A stretch of 54,661 nucleotides of DNA from NCBI GenBank assembly GCA_030631415.1, contig DAOVLE010000002.1:1-54661 (forward strand), given 5' to 3'. Made by a program: the position numbers and the translations under genes. Origin of the DNA: Phycisphaerales bacterium (lineage in GTDB: Bacteria; Planctomycetota; Phycisphaerae; UBA1845). Positions 29,646-38,376 of this stretch are shown here, one piece after another; within the stretch, counting starts at the first letter, position 1, and the number at the start of each line of letters is the position of its first letter. The notes beneath the pieces were generated by a model, which saw nothing but the letters and a program-made list of their open reading frames with translations, ran no database searches and was not told the DNA's origin.

Positions 29646-29821
29646 TTTTTCATTGATTCGGACCTGCCGATTGTCGATGCACGAAATGCGCGACGCGTTG
29701 TGGCAGGCTTGGCCCGCAAACACGGGCATCACCCGGATATTTCACCGCGGAGCACGCCTGCTTGACAAAGCTGCACAAGAAACCTTCGGTAACCTGGAGC
29801 CGCAAGAACATGTATACCTCA

Positions 29822-32125
29822 ATGAAACGCCGAACCCAAAATATCCCAGCGGCAGTGCTGATCCTCGGTCTTAGTGCCTGCTGCGGATGCAACGGTTTCT
29901 TCGAGCAAGCGGGCACGTCCAAGCCGGTCAACTTCCGCATCGAGAACCACACTTCCAGCTTCGTGGAAGTGACCATTACGGTCAGTGGCGAAGGGGCAAC
30001 AGAACCCTCTGAGCAATGGTCCACCACTGGGGATGACGACTGGGGATTCTCGAGCGGAGAGGAACCAGCCGCCGGCCGCGAGTTGCCATCCTCCGAGCCG
30101 CCGGTGGAGCCTCCACCCGATGCCCAACACGCCTCTTCAACACCTGATACTCAATCAGACCCGGAACAATCCGCCGCACCACCCGAGCCGGAGGCGTTTA
30201 CTATCGGGCTACCGCAAGAGGAGTCGCCCAAGGAAACCCTGCCGGCCCAGGCCAAGGCGGTGCGCCTCTTGTGCAAGAGCGTCGTTACCGAGAAAACCAT
30301 ACGGGTCTCGCCCCAGGTCTATACCGATGGCCTGCTGCCGTGTGGAGATGAAATCACCATCACCGCCAACATTGGCGGCACCGAAACCGCCAAGGTGTTG
30401 CTGGAAGGCGAGGGAACCGGAACGGTGGGTTTCGACCAGGGTAGCGTGGGGCTGGCTGGCGAGCGACTTCTGCTCAGGCAGGTCCACTACGACGGTGGCG
30501 ACACCGTGGTGATCCGCATCACCAGCGATCGCACCGGAACCTCGCCAGACCACACCGGCAATGGTGATGTCGAAGTGTACGCCGCGAATGAGCCGCTCCC
30601 GGAACCGGACTTTGGCGGGACCTACACCTCGGAAACTGATCTGTTGCGGTTCAGGTTCACCAATCACACCAACAGCTTCGCACAGATACACATCATCCCA
30701 GGCTCCCCTACCACGCAATCCTCGAGCTACAGCGAGGTGGACGGCGAGGGATCGGGGGATGTGGATTCCGATGGGGGCTTCGATGTGCGTATCGGGCCTA
30801 ACGACTCCACCGACGGCTGGTTTGCCTGTGAAGAGGCCGTCACCATAACCGCCACGCTCAGCAGTAGCGACGAGACCACCGTACTGCTGACAGGGGCCGG
30901 CACGGGGACGCAAGGCTTCGACGAAGGCAGTGTAGGGCTCGACGGCGAACGCCTGCTGATCCGCAACGAGCACTTCGATTGCGGCGACACGGTGTACATC
31001 AGCATCACCGACGACGGAACCAGCACCGGGCCTAATCATGCCGGGACAGGGGAAATCGAAATCTATGGGCCGGATCAGACCCCACCCGAAGCGGAGGTCG
31101 ATGACGACACCGGCATCTTGAAGTTCCGCATCAGCAACGAGACCAACAGCTTCGCCCAGATGCACATAACCCTGGGCACCACCAGCGAGCAGGGCTCCAC
31201 CTCATCAGCCGATGGCGAGGAGGCCACAAGCAGTGAATCGGACGGTGGTTTTGACGTGCGCGTGCCGCCCAACACTTACACCGACGGCTGGTTCGATTGC
31301 GGGGACGCCATCACCATCACCGCCAGCCTCAGCAGCACCGAGGACACCCACGTGTTGCTGGAGGGCGACGGGACCGGGACCCAGGGGTTTGATGAAGGCA
31401 GTGTGGGGTCTGATGGTGAACGCCTACTGGTCAAGAACGTGCACTTCGTGTGCGGGGACACGGTCTACATCTGCCTTACCGATGACGGCTCCAGCTCCGG
31501 GCCGGGGCTGGCGGGCAGAGGGCAGATCGACGTATATGAGGCGGACGAAACCCCACCGGAACCGGACCTGGAGTCAGCCGGTGGTTCGCTGCAACTTCGG
31601 ATCGAAAATCAGACCGAGAGCTACACCCAACTCCACATCATCCTAGGCCCGCCGGCAGGAGTGGTCGCCGGGATAGCCTCCCAAGACGAGGATTCCGACG
31701 GCGGATTTGATGTTCGCGTCGCACCCGGCGACACCGCCAACGGCGTCGTGTCATGTAATACGCAAATCATCCTGGTGGCCAGAATCGTGAGGCCATCCGT
31801 CGATGTCGATGAGCCGGACTACTTCAACTACGCGGTGCTCACCGGCGCCGGGACCGGAACGGTAAACTTCGACCAGAGCAACGTCGGCTCGGTGGCCTAC
31901 CAGCGATTGCTGCTGGAGGGTGAGCACTACGATTGTGGTGACATCATCAGCATCGAATTCACCTCCGATGGAGGGCTGGCGGAAGCCCAAGCCGCGGAAC
32001 AACCATCCGAGGAGGAAGAGGGAGAAGGAGAAGGAGAAGGAGAAGGAGAGGAGGAAGAAGAAGAGAGTTCAAGCAGCGAGTCCCCAGAGGCTGGGCTCGG
32101 AGCGGCAACTGTCTCGGTCACATAG
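29822..32125 (+). CDS. Secreted/lipoprotein with four tandem ~140-aa beta-domain repeats and acidic linkers
   Basis: Signal peptide with Cys (LSACCGC). Four units of (F/L)R.xN.T.S..GxGTGTxxFDxxxVG..RLL...H(F/Y)..GD. Glu/Gly-rich tail. Confidence 0.85.
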   Translation: MKRRTQNIPAAVLILGLSACCGCNGFFEQAGTSKPVNFRIENHTSSFVEVTITVSGEGATEPSEQWSTTGDDDWGFSSGEEPAAGRELPSSEPPVEPPPDAQHASSTPDTQSDPEQSAAPPEPEAFTIGLPQEESPKETLPAQAKAVRLLCKSVVTEKTIRVSPQVYTDGLLPCGDEITITANIGGTETAKVLLEGEGTGTVGFDQGSVGLAGERLLLRQVHYDGGDTVVIRITSDRTGTSPDHTGNGDVEVYAANEPLPEPDFGGTYTSETDLLRFRFTNHTNSFAQIHIIPGSPTTQSSSYSEVDGEGSGDVDSDGGFDVRIGPNDSTDGWFACEEAVTITATLSSSDETTVLLTGAGTGTQGFDEGSVGLDGERLLIRNEHFDCGDTVYISITDDGTSTGPNHAGTGEIEIYGPDQTPPEAEVDDDTGILKFRISNETNSFAQMHITLGTTSEQGSTSSADGEEATSSESDGGFDVRVPPNTYTDGWFDCGDAITITASLSSTEDTHVLLEGDGTGTQGFDEGSVGSDGERLLVKNVHFVCGDTVYICLTDDGSSSGPGLAGRGQIDVYEADETPPEPDLESAGGSLQLRIENQTESYTQLHIILGPPAGVVAGIASQDEDSDGGFDVRVAPGDTANGVVSCNTQIILVARIVRPSVDVDEPDYFNYAVLTGAGTGTVNFDQSNVGSVAYQRLLLEGEHYDCGDIISIEFTSDGGLAEAQAAEQPSEEEEGEGEGEGEGEEEEEESSSSESPEAGLGAATVSVT

Positions 32126-32166
32126 CACCCGCAGGGATGAAGGCTGAGAGATGAGGGGTTAACGGT

Positions 32167-32286
32167 GGGTGGCCCATCGCTTTAGCGGTGGGGGACACGA
32201 ATGCCTGACATGATTGGTGTTCCCCAGATGTAGGGCGGGTTCCACCCGCCTTGCGATGCCGAGAAGGCGGGTAGAACCCGCCCTAC
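32167..32286. repeat. REP cluster between convergent genes
   Basis: GGGTGGCCCATCGCTTTAGCGGTGGG plus GTAGGGCGGG...CCCGCCCTAC. Confidence 0.75.
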
Positions 32287-34811
32287 TAAAGCCCGTGCCC
32301 GGTCGGTTTGGGCACCGGAGCCGACGGGATGTTGGGGAACACCGGGCTGAGGTCGTTGGCCATCACACGCCCGTCACCGTTGATGTCACAACGTTCCGTG
32401 GCCGACGCGACGGCAGTCGGGATCATGGGGAAGATGGGGCTTAGATCGTTGGCCGTCACATTCCCGTTGTTGTTCACATCGCCCACCTGGACCATGTGCC
32501 TCAAGATGAATGGCTGAGCACCGTCCCAGTCGCCTGCATTCTGGACCCCGATCCACAGCGAGTTGCCCAGCACTTGGCTGTTCTCCTTGATCAGCAGCCT
32601 GGTGGTGTCGGCGTTGCCGTGCTCGTCTTCGAGGCTGAAGGTGAAGTTCGCCGAAAGATCAGCCCCGTAGTTCCCATTGTCCAGCAGTGGCCGGATCAGG
32701 ATGTCGCCGGGCTCGGGCAACTCGATGTCACTATCGAACGTTAGCAGAATAGCGTTGTTGCCGGAGCGGCATAGGCTCTTGGTATCAGCCGGGACCGCAA
32801 CCTGCAACGTTACCTGCGGAAGCTCCTCACACTCGTCGGGAATGCCGTTGGTGTTGATGTCCTGGGAGGTTCCCTCGATGATGTCGCAATCATCCGGGAT
32901 GCCGTTGGTGTTGCAATCGGGGTCCACACGCAGAATCACCAACCCGCCGTTTGTGTCAGCCACGTAGGCATACCTGCCAGCAACGGCCACGCCATAGGCA
33001 GACCCGCGGGTGTCGTACCCGCCCGCCCATTGTGGGTCGGTCGGATCGGAGATGTTGATAACCGCGAAACCGCCTCGATAATCGACCATGTAGGCGTACT
33101 CGCTGTCGAGGGCCACATCCCGGGCAAGACAATTGTTGTAGTACTCGCCCGCCCATTGCGGGTTGACCGGATCAGAGATGTCGATGATCTGAAGACCGTA
33201 GCTCCATTCAGCCACGTAGGCGTACCCACCGGCGATAGCCACGCCGTCGGTGCCCCCGTTTATGTTGTGTCCACCCACCCGGAACGGGTGCTGCGAATCG
33301 GAGATGTCGATGATCTGGAGACCGCCGGAAGTGTCGGCTACGTAGGCGTACCCGCCGGCGACGGCCACGTCCCAGGCCAACCCGCTGGTGTCATACCCGC
33401 CCACCCAGAACGGGTGCTGCGGATCGAAAACGTCGATGATCTGAAGACCATCCTCGTCATCAGCCACATAGGCGTACCCGCCGGCAACCGCCACACCATA
33501 GGCAGACCCACTTGTGTCACACCCACTCACCCAGAACGGGTGTTGCGGATCAGAGATGTCAATGATCTGCAAACCCTCCCAAGAATCCGCCAGGTAAGCA
33601 TACCCACCAGCGACGGCCACGCTGTAGGCCCACCCGCTCGTGTCACACCCGCCCACCCATTGCGGGTCACTCGGATCGGAGATGTCGATGATCGCAAGAC
33701 CTGTGTCCCAGCCGGCGATGTAGGCGTTCCCGCCGACAACAACCACGTCCAAAGCACACCCATTTTTGTCGTACCCGCCCGCCCATTGCGGGTCGCTCGG
33801 ATTGGAGATGTCGATGATCGCAAGACCAGCGCCCCATCCAGCCACATAGGTGCACCCGCCAGCGACGACTACGCCACGGGCATACCCGCTGGTGTCGTAT
33901 CCGCCCGCCCATTGTGGGTTGCTTGGATCGGAAATGTCGATAATCACAAGACCAGCATCCCAGTCGGCCACGTAGGCGTACCCGCCGGCGACGACCACGT
34001 CATAGGCACGCCCGCTGGTATAGTACACGCTCACCCATTGCGGGTCGCTCGGATCGGAGATGTCGATGATCTGCAAACCGTATCCATAGTCGGCCACATA
34101 GGCGTACCTGTCGGTGACGGCCACGCCATAGGCACGCCCACTAGTGTAGTACCCGCCCGCCCATTGCGGATTGGCCGGATCGGAAATGTTGATGATCTGC
34201 AGACCAGCGTAATCATCGGTCACGTAAGCGTACCCGCCGGCGACAGCCACGCCTCGGGCGTAGCTACTCGTGTCGTACCCGCCGACCGGCACCGGGTTAG
34301 TCGGATCGGAGATGTCGATGATCTGGAGACCTGCCTCATAGTCCGCTACGTAGGCGTACCCGCCGGCAATGGTTATATCCTCTATGATGTTCGGGAAGAC
34401 TTCACTCTGCCCGAGCACGATTGGGTTCGATGGATCGGTCCCGTCGAGAACGACCAACCGCGGCCCGACACCAAGATAGACCAGGTTTCCCGAGACGGCT
34501 ACGGCGTAGCTGGACCCGCCCGACTGGCTGACCATATCCACCAGGAGCGAGCTTGCCCGGGCATCCTTCGCCGCCGCCTGCCCGAGGTGGCTGGCCGACT
34601 CGAACCAATCAGTGCCGCAACCGTAAGGGAACAGCCATTGGCCCAACACTTTGCTTCGTTGGTCCTCCGGACCGGCAAAACAGGATGGGGCACCCGCGTT
34701 TTCACGCACAAGAGGCCCGCCCCCTTTTCCGTCAAAGCCGACCGCCGGCTCTCCAACCCCCAGCAACATCCCGCTCGCCAACACCACCAGAATAGTCTTG
34801 GACCTTTGCAT
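32286..34811 (-). CDS. Secreted LVIVD-repeat (beta-propeller) protein with DCNTNGIPD repeats and C-terminal dockerin
   Basis: Signal peptide MQRSKTILVV, about 14 42-aa repeats YAYVAD...GLQIIDISDP, and GDVNNNGNVTANDL...CDINGDGRVMANDL. Confidence 0.9.
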   Translation of the reverse strand: MQRSKTILVVLASGMLLGVGEPAVGFDGKGGGPLVRENAGAPSCFAGPEDQRSKVLGQWLFPYGCGTDWFESASHLGQAAAKDARASSLLVDMVSQSGGSSYAVAVSGNLVYLGVGPRLVVLDGTDPSNPIVLGQSEVFPNIIEDITIAGGYAYVADYEAGLQIIDISDPTNPVPVGGYDTSSYARGVAVAGGYAYVTDDYAGLQIINISDPANPQWAGGYYTSGRAYGVAVTDRYAYVADYGYGLQIIDISDPSDPQWVSVYYTSGRAYDVVVAGGYAYVADWDAGLVIIDISDPSNPQWAGGYDTSGYARGVVVAGGCTYVAGWGAGLAIIDISNPSDPQWAGGYDKNGCALDVVVVGGNAYIAGWDTGLAIIDISDPSDPQWVGGCDTSGWAYSVAVAGGYAYLADSWEGLQIIDISDPQHPFWVSGCDTSGSAYGVAVAGGYAYVADDEDGLQIIDVFDPQHPFWVGGYDTSGLAWDVAVAGGYAYVADTSGGLQIIDISDSQHPFRVGGHNINGGTDGVAIAGGYAYVAEWSYGLQIIDISDPVNPQWAGEYYNNCLARDVALDSEYAYMVDYRGGFAVINISDPTDPQWAGGYDTRGSAYGVAVAGRYAYVADTNGGLVILRVDPDCNTNGIPDDCDIIEGTSQDINTNGIPDECEELPQVTLQVAVPADTKSLCRSGNNAILLTFDSDIELPEPGDILIRPLLDNGNYGADLSANFTFSLEDEHGNADTTRLLIKENSQVLGNSLWIGVQNAGDWDGAQPFILRHMVQVGDVNNNGNVTANDLSPIFPMIPTAVASATERCDINGDGRVMANDLSPVFPNIPSAPVPKPTGHGL

Positions 34812-34831
34812 TTTCCCACGTTTTCTTAGTT

Positions 34832-34888
34832 GTAGGGCGGGTTCCACCCGCCACGCCATGCCACGAAGGCGGGTGGAACCCGCCCTAC
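34832..34888. repeat. GTAG REP doublet
   Basis: GTAGGGCGGGTTCCACCCGCC...GGCGGGTGGAACCCGCCCTAC. Confidence 0.8.
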
Positions 34889-35117
34889 ATTTTCGGACTA
34901 AAACCGCACCCGCACTCGGCCGGACCCAATATCCCTGACCATCTGCGATCCTATCCCTCACAAGCCGGCGCTTCAAGGATATTCTGCCCAACCAGGGCAA
35001 TCACATCTAATACCACAGCAAGACTTTGGCACCGGGACGAAAAACAAGAGTCCACGAGCAATCCGGTGCTCTGTCGCGATTGATTTGATGGATCACCGAC
35101 GCAAGGGTGGCCCAGAT

Positions 35118-35235
35118 GTAGGGCGGGTTCCACCCGCCGCAGGCTGCAAGGGAGGCGGGTAAAACCCGCCCTACAGCTACTGGAGGTGGGGATTCTTCGT
35201 TCGGCCTTTTCGCCGTAAGTATTCAGTGAACCCGT
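35118..35235. repeat. GTAG REP doublet, fragment of the 6073-type element and a lone MITE end
   Basis: REP doublet 35118-35174, then GGGATTCTTCGTTCGGCCTTTT, then GTAAGTATTCAGTGAACCCGT at 35215-35235. Confidence 0.7.
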
Positions 35236-35256
35236 ATACGTGATAGCGTCGGGTGT

Positions 35257-36921
35257 TCATGTAACACGCGCGATAATGGTCTTGGCATGGTCGGGGTCGC
35301 CGGCGAAGTCGATCGGCAACGACGGAGTGGCGATCACCGAAACTCGCCGCACCCCGGCGCCCAACACGATCTGCTCCAAGAGCCAATCCCGGCGGACACC
35401 ACGCTGGTTCGTGGAAACCAGCAGAACCCCGCCGGGAGTCATCAGCGAGACAGCTCCGGATACCAGCCGCTGCAAATCCTTCTCCAACGTAAAGACACGG
35501 TGGGTTTTTTTGGCACGGGCGAAACTTGGCGGGTCAATCAACACCAGATCGAACTTGCGGCTTTGACGGTGGGCACGTTTGAAGTAGTTGAAGGCATCGT
35601 CGTTGATGAACTTGTGATCTTCGATGGGGAAGCCGTTGGCCTGAAAGTTTTCCTTGCCCCACTCCAGGCTCTTGCGTGAGATGTCCACGTTCACCGTCGA
35701 GCTTGCCCCGCCCGCCACCGCCGCCACGGAGAACCCGCACGTATAGCAAAACAGGTTCAGCACACTCTTGCCGCCCGCCAACTCGCGAATGCGGCGGCGG
35801 TTCTCCCGTTGATCGAGAAACAACCCGACGGAGTATCCATCATAAGGCCTGACCTGAAACCGCAGCCCGTTCTCCCGCACCACGAATTGCTCGGGAGCGG
35901 GTTTGCCGACCAACGGCTTGGGGTCGCGCAGCGTCTGCGGCCCTGAACCGCTACGGCTACGGTCCTTGGCGAAGTGTTTCACATAACCGGCGGTCAGGTC
36001 GAGTTGTTGGCGATACCATCGGGTAATCTCGCGTAGGGGTGTCTTCCCGGCGTCAAACTTGCCCTGGTGAGCCTGAAGGATAAGCACGTCATCGTAAAGC
36101 TCAGCCGTCAATCCCCCGACGCCGTCCGCCCGGCTATTGAGCATGCGAAAGGCATTCGTATTTTCGTCCAGAAAGCATGGCAACCGGGCAGCCAACGCCG
36201 CACGAAGTCGTGCGGTAAGCGTCCCATCGAGCGCCGTACCTCCCTCGCCGTGATCCACCGCGGCGGTGAAATCCGAGGGCGTCTTTGCCCAAATAGTGAT
36301 GGCATGTTTCAGGCCCGGGTGATGAAAGCGCAGTTCTGCCAGGTGCAGCATCATCGGGCCTACTTTCGCCTTCTCGGGCTTAGGGTGATAGGCTGCATCG
36401 CCCACAATCCACAGCTTCAGCGATTCGATATGTGCCCGTACCTGATGATGGTTCAGCAGCGTTGGCTGACAACGCACCATGGCGCGAGTCGCACCCCGCT
36501 TCAACGGCTTAAACATGGTAGTGGGCATAAGGGAGCCGGAGGCTTTGTGGTCCACCGCGAAACGATCTTTGCCCACAGGCTTGATGACGGCGGTGACGGT
36601 TTGCGGGCGCGGCTTGAGTTTTCCTTGAACCACCGCCACAAAAGTGGGTTTGGCGGAGCCGGTCTCCAGTCCGGTAAGCAAATGCTGCTGAGCTTCGGTG
36701 GACTTGGCATACCCCAGCACACCCGATTGCCACTGGTTCACCTCATACAGCGGCAAGAGCGTTGCGGCGTCATCCCGCCCGGACAAGAGATCGAACACCG
36801 AAGCATCCCGCGACCGTGGGCGCCGTTGAGATGCCAGACCGGCGGGTTTGCTCACGAACAGGTAGTGATCGTCCTCGTGGATGATGGGGACGAGTTTATG
36901 GGCTATTTGCGACTGTTTCAT
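35257..36921 (-). CDS. Fusion: degenerate RluA-type pseudouridine synthase domain + RlmI/RlmK-type SAM methyltransferase
   Basis: N-terminal IIHEDD..LFVSKPAGL, HQVRAH, IVGDAAY, LHL.EL.F.HP. C-terminal GLFLDQRENR, VLNLFCYTCGFS, DPPSFA. Confidence 0.85.
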   Translation of the reverse strand: MKQSQIAHKLVPIIHEDDHYLFVSKPAGLASQRRPRSRDASVFDLLSGRDDAATLLPLYEVNQWQSGVLGYAKSTEAQQHLLTGLETGSAKPTFVAVVQGKLKPRPQTVTAVIKPVGKDRFAVDHKASGSLMPTTMFKPLKRGATRAMVRCQPTLLNHHQVRAHIESLKLWIVGDAAYHPKPEKAKVGPMMLHLAELRFHHPGLKHAITIWAKTPSDFTAAVDHGEGGTALDGTLTARLRAALAARLPCFLDENTNAFRMLNSRADGVGGLTAELYDDVLILQAHQGKFDAGKTPLREITRWYRQQLDLTAGYVKHFAKDRSRSGSGPQTLRDPKPLVGKPAPEQFVVRENGLRFQVRPYDGYSVGLFLDQRENRRRIRELAGGKSVLNLFCYTCGFSVAAVAGGASSTVNVDISRKSLEWGKENFQANGFPIEDHKFINDDAFNYFKRAHRQSRKFDLVLIDPPSFARAKKTHRVFTLEKDLQRLVSGAVSLMTPGGVLLVSTNQRGVRRDWLLEQIVLGAGVRRVSVIATPSLPIDFAGDPDHAKTIIARVT

Positions 36922-37134
36922 TGATATCAGACTTTCTCAATCGAGTAGGGCGGGTTTCACCCGCCTTGTTGGCTGATCGGATTCGCCAATAAGGTTGGCG
37001 GCATGGAAATCGCCATGCCACATGAGTAGAGTATTATAGATGAGCTTGCTCGTACAGCCGCCTTTGTTCGGTTAAGATTCGTGAGCGTCTTTCCGCGGCT
37101 GATGGGCACGGGTTTTATGAGGGGGTGTGTGCGA

Positions 37135-38262
37135 ATGGACTGGGAATCGGTTCGACAGGATTTCGCCGTCACGCGGAATTACAATTATCAGAACCATGCC
37201 GGCATTGCCCCGTTGCACCGGCGGGCGGCAGAAGCCATTCGGGAGTACGCCGACCAGGTTCAGCAGAACGTCGGGCTGGACCAGGAACTCTATCAGCGGG
37301 CGGAGAGAATCCGCCAGCGGGCGGCGGAGTTGCTCAACGCCAACGCCGATGAGGTCACCTTCGTCAAGAACACCAGTGAGGGGCTCAGTCTGGTGGCCAA
37401 CGGGCTGAACTGGAACAGCGGCGATAACATCGTGACCACCAACGCCGAGTTCCCTGCCAACATCTACCCCTGGCAGGCGTTGCAAAACCGGGGGGTCAAA
37501 CTGCGCATGGTTTTGGAAGAGGACGGGCGGATACCCCTCGAAAAGCTGATCGAAGCCGTCGACTCCCGCACCCGCGTGCTGACCATCTCATCGGTGCAAT
37601 ATGCCAGCGGTTTTCGTAGCGATCTGACGGCGTTGGGGGATTTCTGCCAGAGCAAGGGCGTGTTCTTCTGCGTCGATGCCATCCAGTCGCTGGGGGTGTT
37701 CCCCATCGACGTCAAAGCCATGAACATCGACTTCCTGGCGGCGGACGGGCACAAGTGGCTTTGCGGCCCGGAGGGGGCCGGGTTGTTTTACGTCCGCAAG
37801 GAGGTCCAGGGGCACCTGCGCCCCACCTGTATCGGGTGGGCTTCGGTGAAGGACATGTGGCAGTTTCACCCCTATCACTTCGAGTTCCACGATTCCGCCA
37901 GGCGTTATGACAGCGGCAGTTATAACCTTCCGGGCATTTTCGGGCTGGGGGCGTCCATCGACTGGGTCCTGGAACTCGGGGTCGAGAGGATTTCCCAGCG
38001 ACTCCTGCACTTGACCGACCGCCTGGTTACGGGTCTGCAAGCCAAGGGCTATCGCATCATCAGCCCCCGCCAACGTAGCGAAGCCAGCGGGATTGTCGCC
38101 TTTGTATCCGACCTGCATGACTTGGAGGCCATCCAAAGCCATTTGCAGACCGAGCACCGCATAGTCATAGCAGCCAGGCGCAAACGCCTCCGTGCCAGCC
38201 CCCACGTGTACAACACCGAACGCGAAATCGATCAGCTAATTGCGGCTTTGCCCAAACACTAG
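37135..38262 (+). CDS. Class V PLP-dependent aminotransferase (cysteine desulfurase/kynureninase-like)
   Basis: VKNTSEG, EFPAN, VDAIQSLG, DGHKWLCGPEGAG, RASPHVYNT. Confidence 0.92.
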   Translation: MDWESVRQDFAVTRNYNYQNHAGIAPLHRRAAEAIREYADQVQQNVGLDQELYQRAERIRQRAAELLNANADEVTFVKNTSEGLSLVANGLNWNSGDNIVTTNAEFPANIYPWQALQNRGVKLRMVLEEDGRIPLEKLIEAVDSRTRVLTISSVQYASGFRSDLTALGDFCQSKGVFFCVDAIQSLGVFPIDVKAMNIDFLAADGHKWLCGPEGAGLFYVRKEVQGHLRPTCIGWASVKDMWQFHPYHFEFHDSARRYDSGSYNLPGIFGLGASIDWVLELGVERISQRLLHLTDRLVTGLQAKGYRIISPRQRSEASGIVAFVSDLHDLEAIQSHLQTEHRIVIAARRKRLRASPHVYNTEREIDQLIAALPKH

Positions 38263-38345
38263 TCCAAGGTCCAAGGTCCAAAGTCCAAGGTCCCGTTGGT
38301 TTCTGACTTTGGACTTTGGACTTTGGACTTTGGACTTTGGACTAG
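38259..38345. terminator. Inverted heptamer (GTCCAAR/TTTGGAC) arrays forming a hairpin between convergent genes
   Basis: CTAGTCCAAGGTCCAAGGTCCAAAGTCC...GACTTTGGACTTTGGACTTTGGACTAG. A terminator role is inferred from position only. Confidence 0.5.
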
Positions 38346-38376
38346 TATCTGTAGAGGTCGGGTCTGCGGACCCGAC

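Noticed and set aside
32009-32066. GA-rich microsatellite
   Set aside because: In-frame Glu/Gly low-complexity linker of the lipoprotein.
32930-34520. Regular 126-bp repeats as a CRISPR array or DGR target
   Set aside because: They are in-frame LVIVD coding repeats without unique spacers. No cas or RT genes are present.
33030-34829. 599-aa plus-strand ORF
   Set aside because: Antisense shadow of the repetitive LVIVD gene, with no start signals or recognisable domain.
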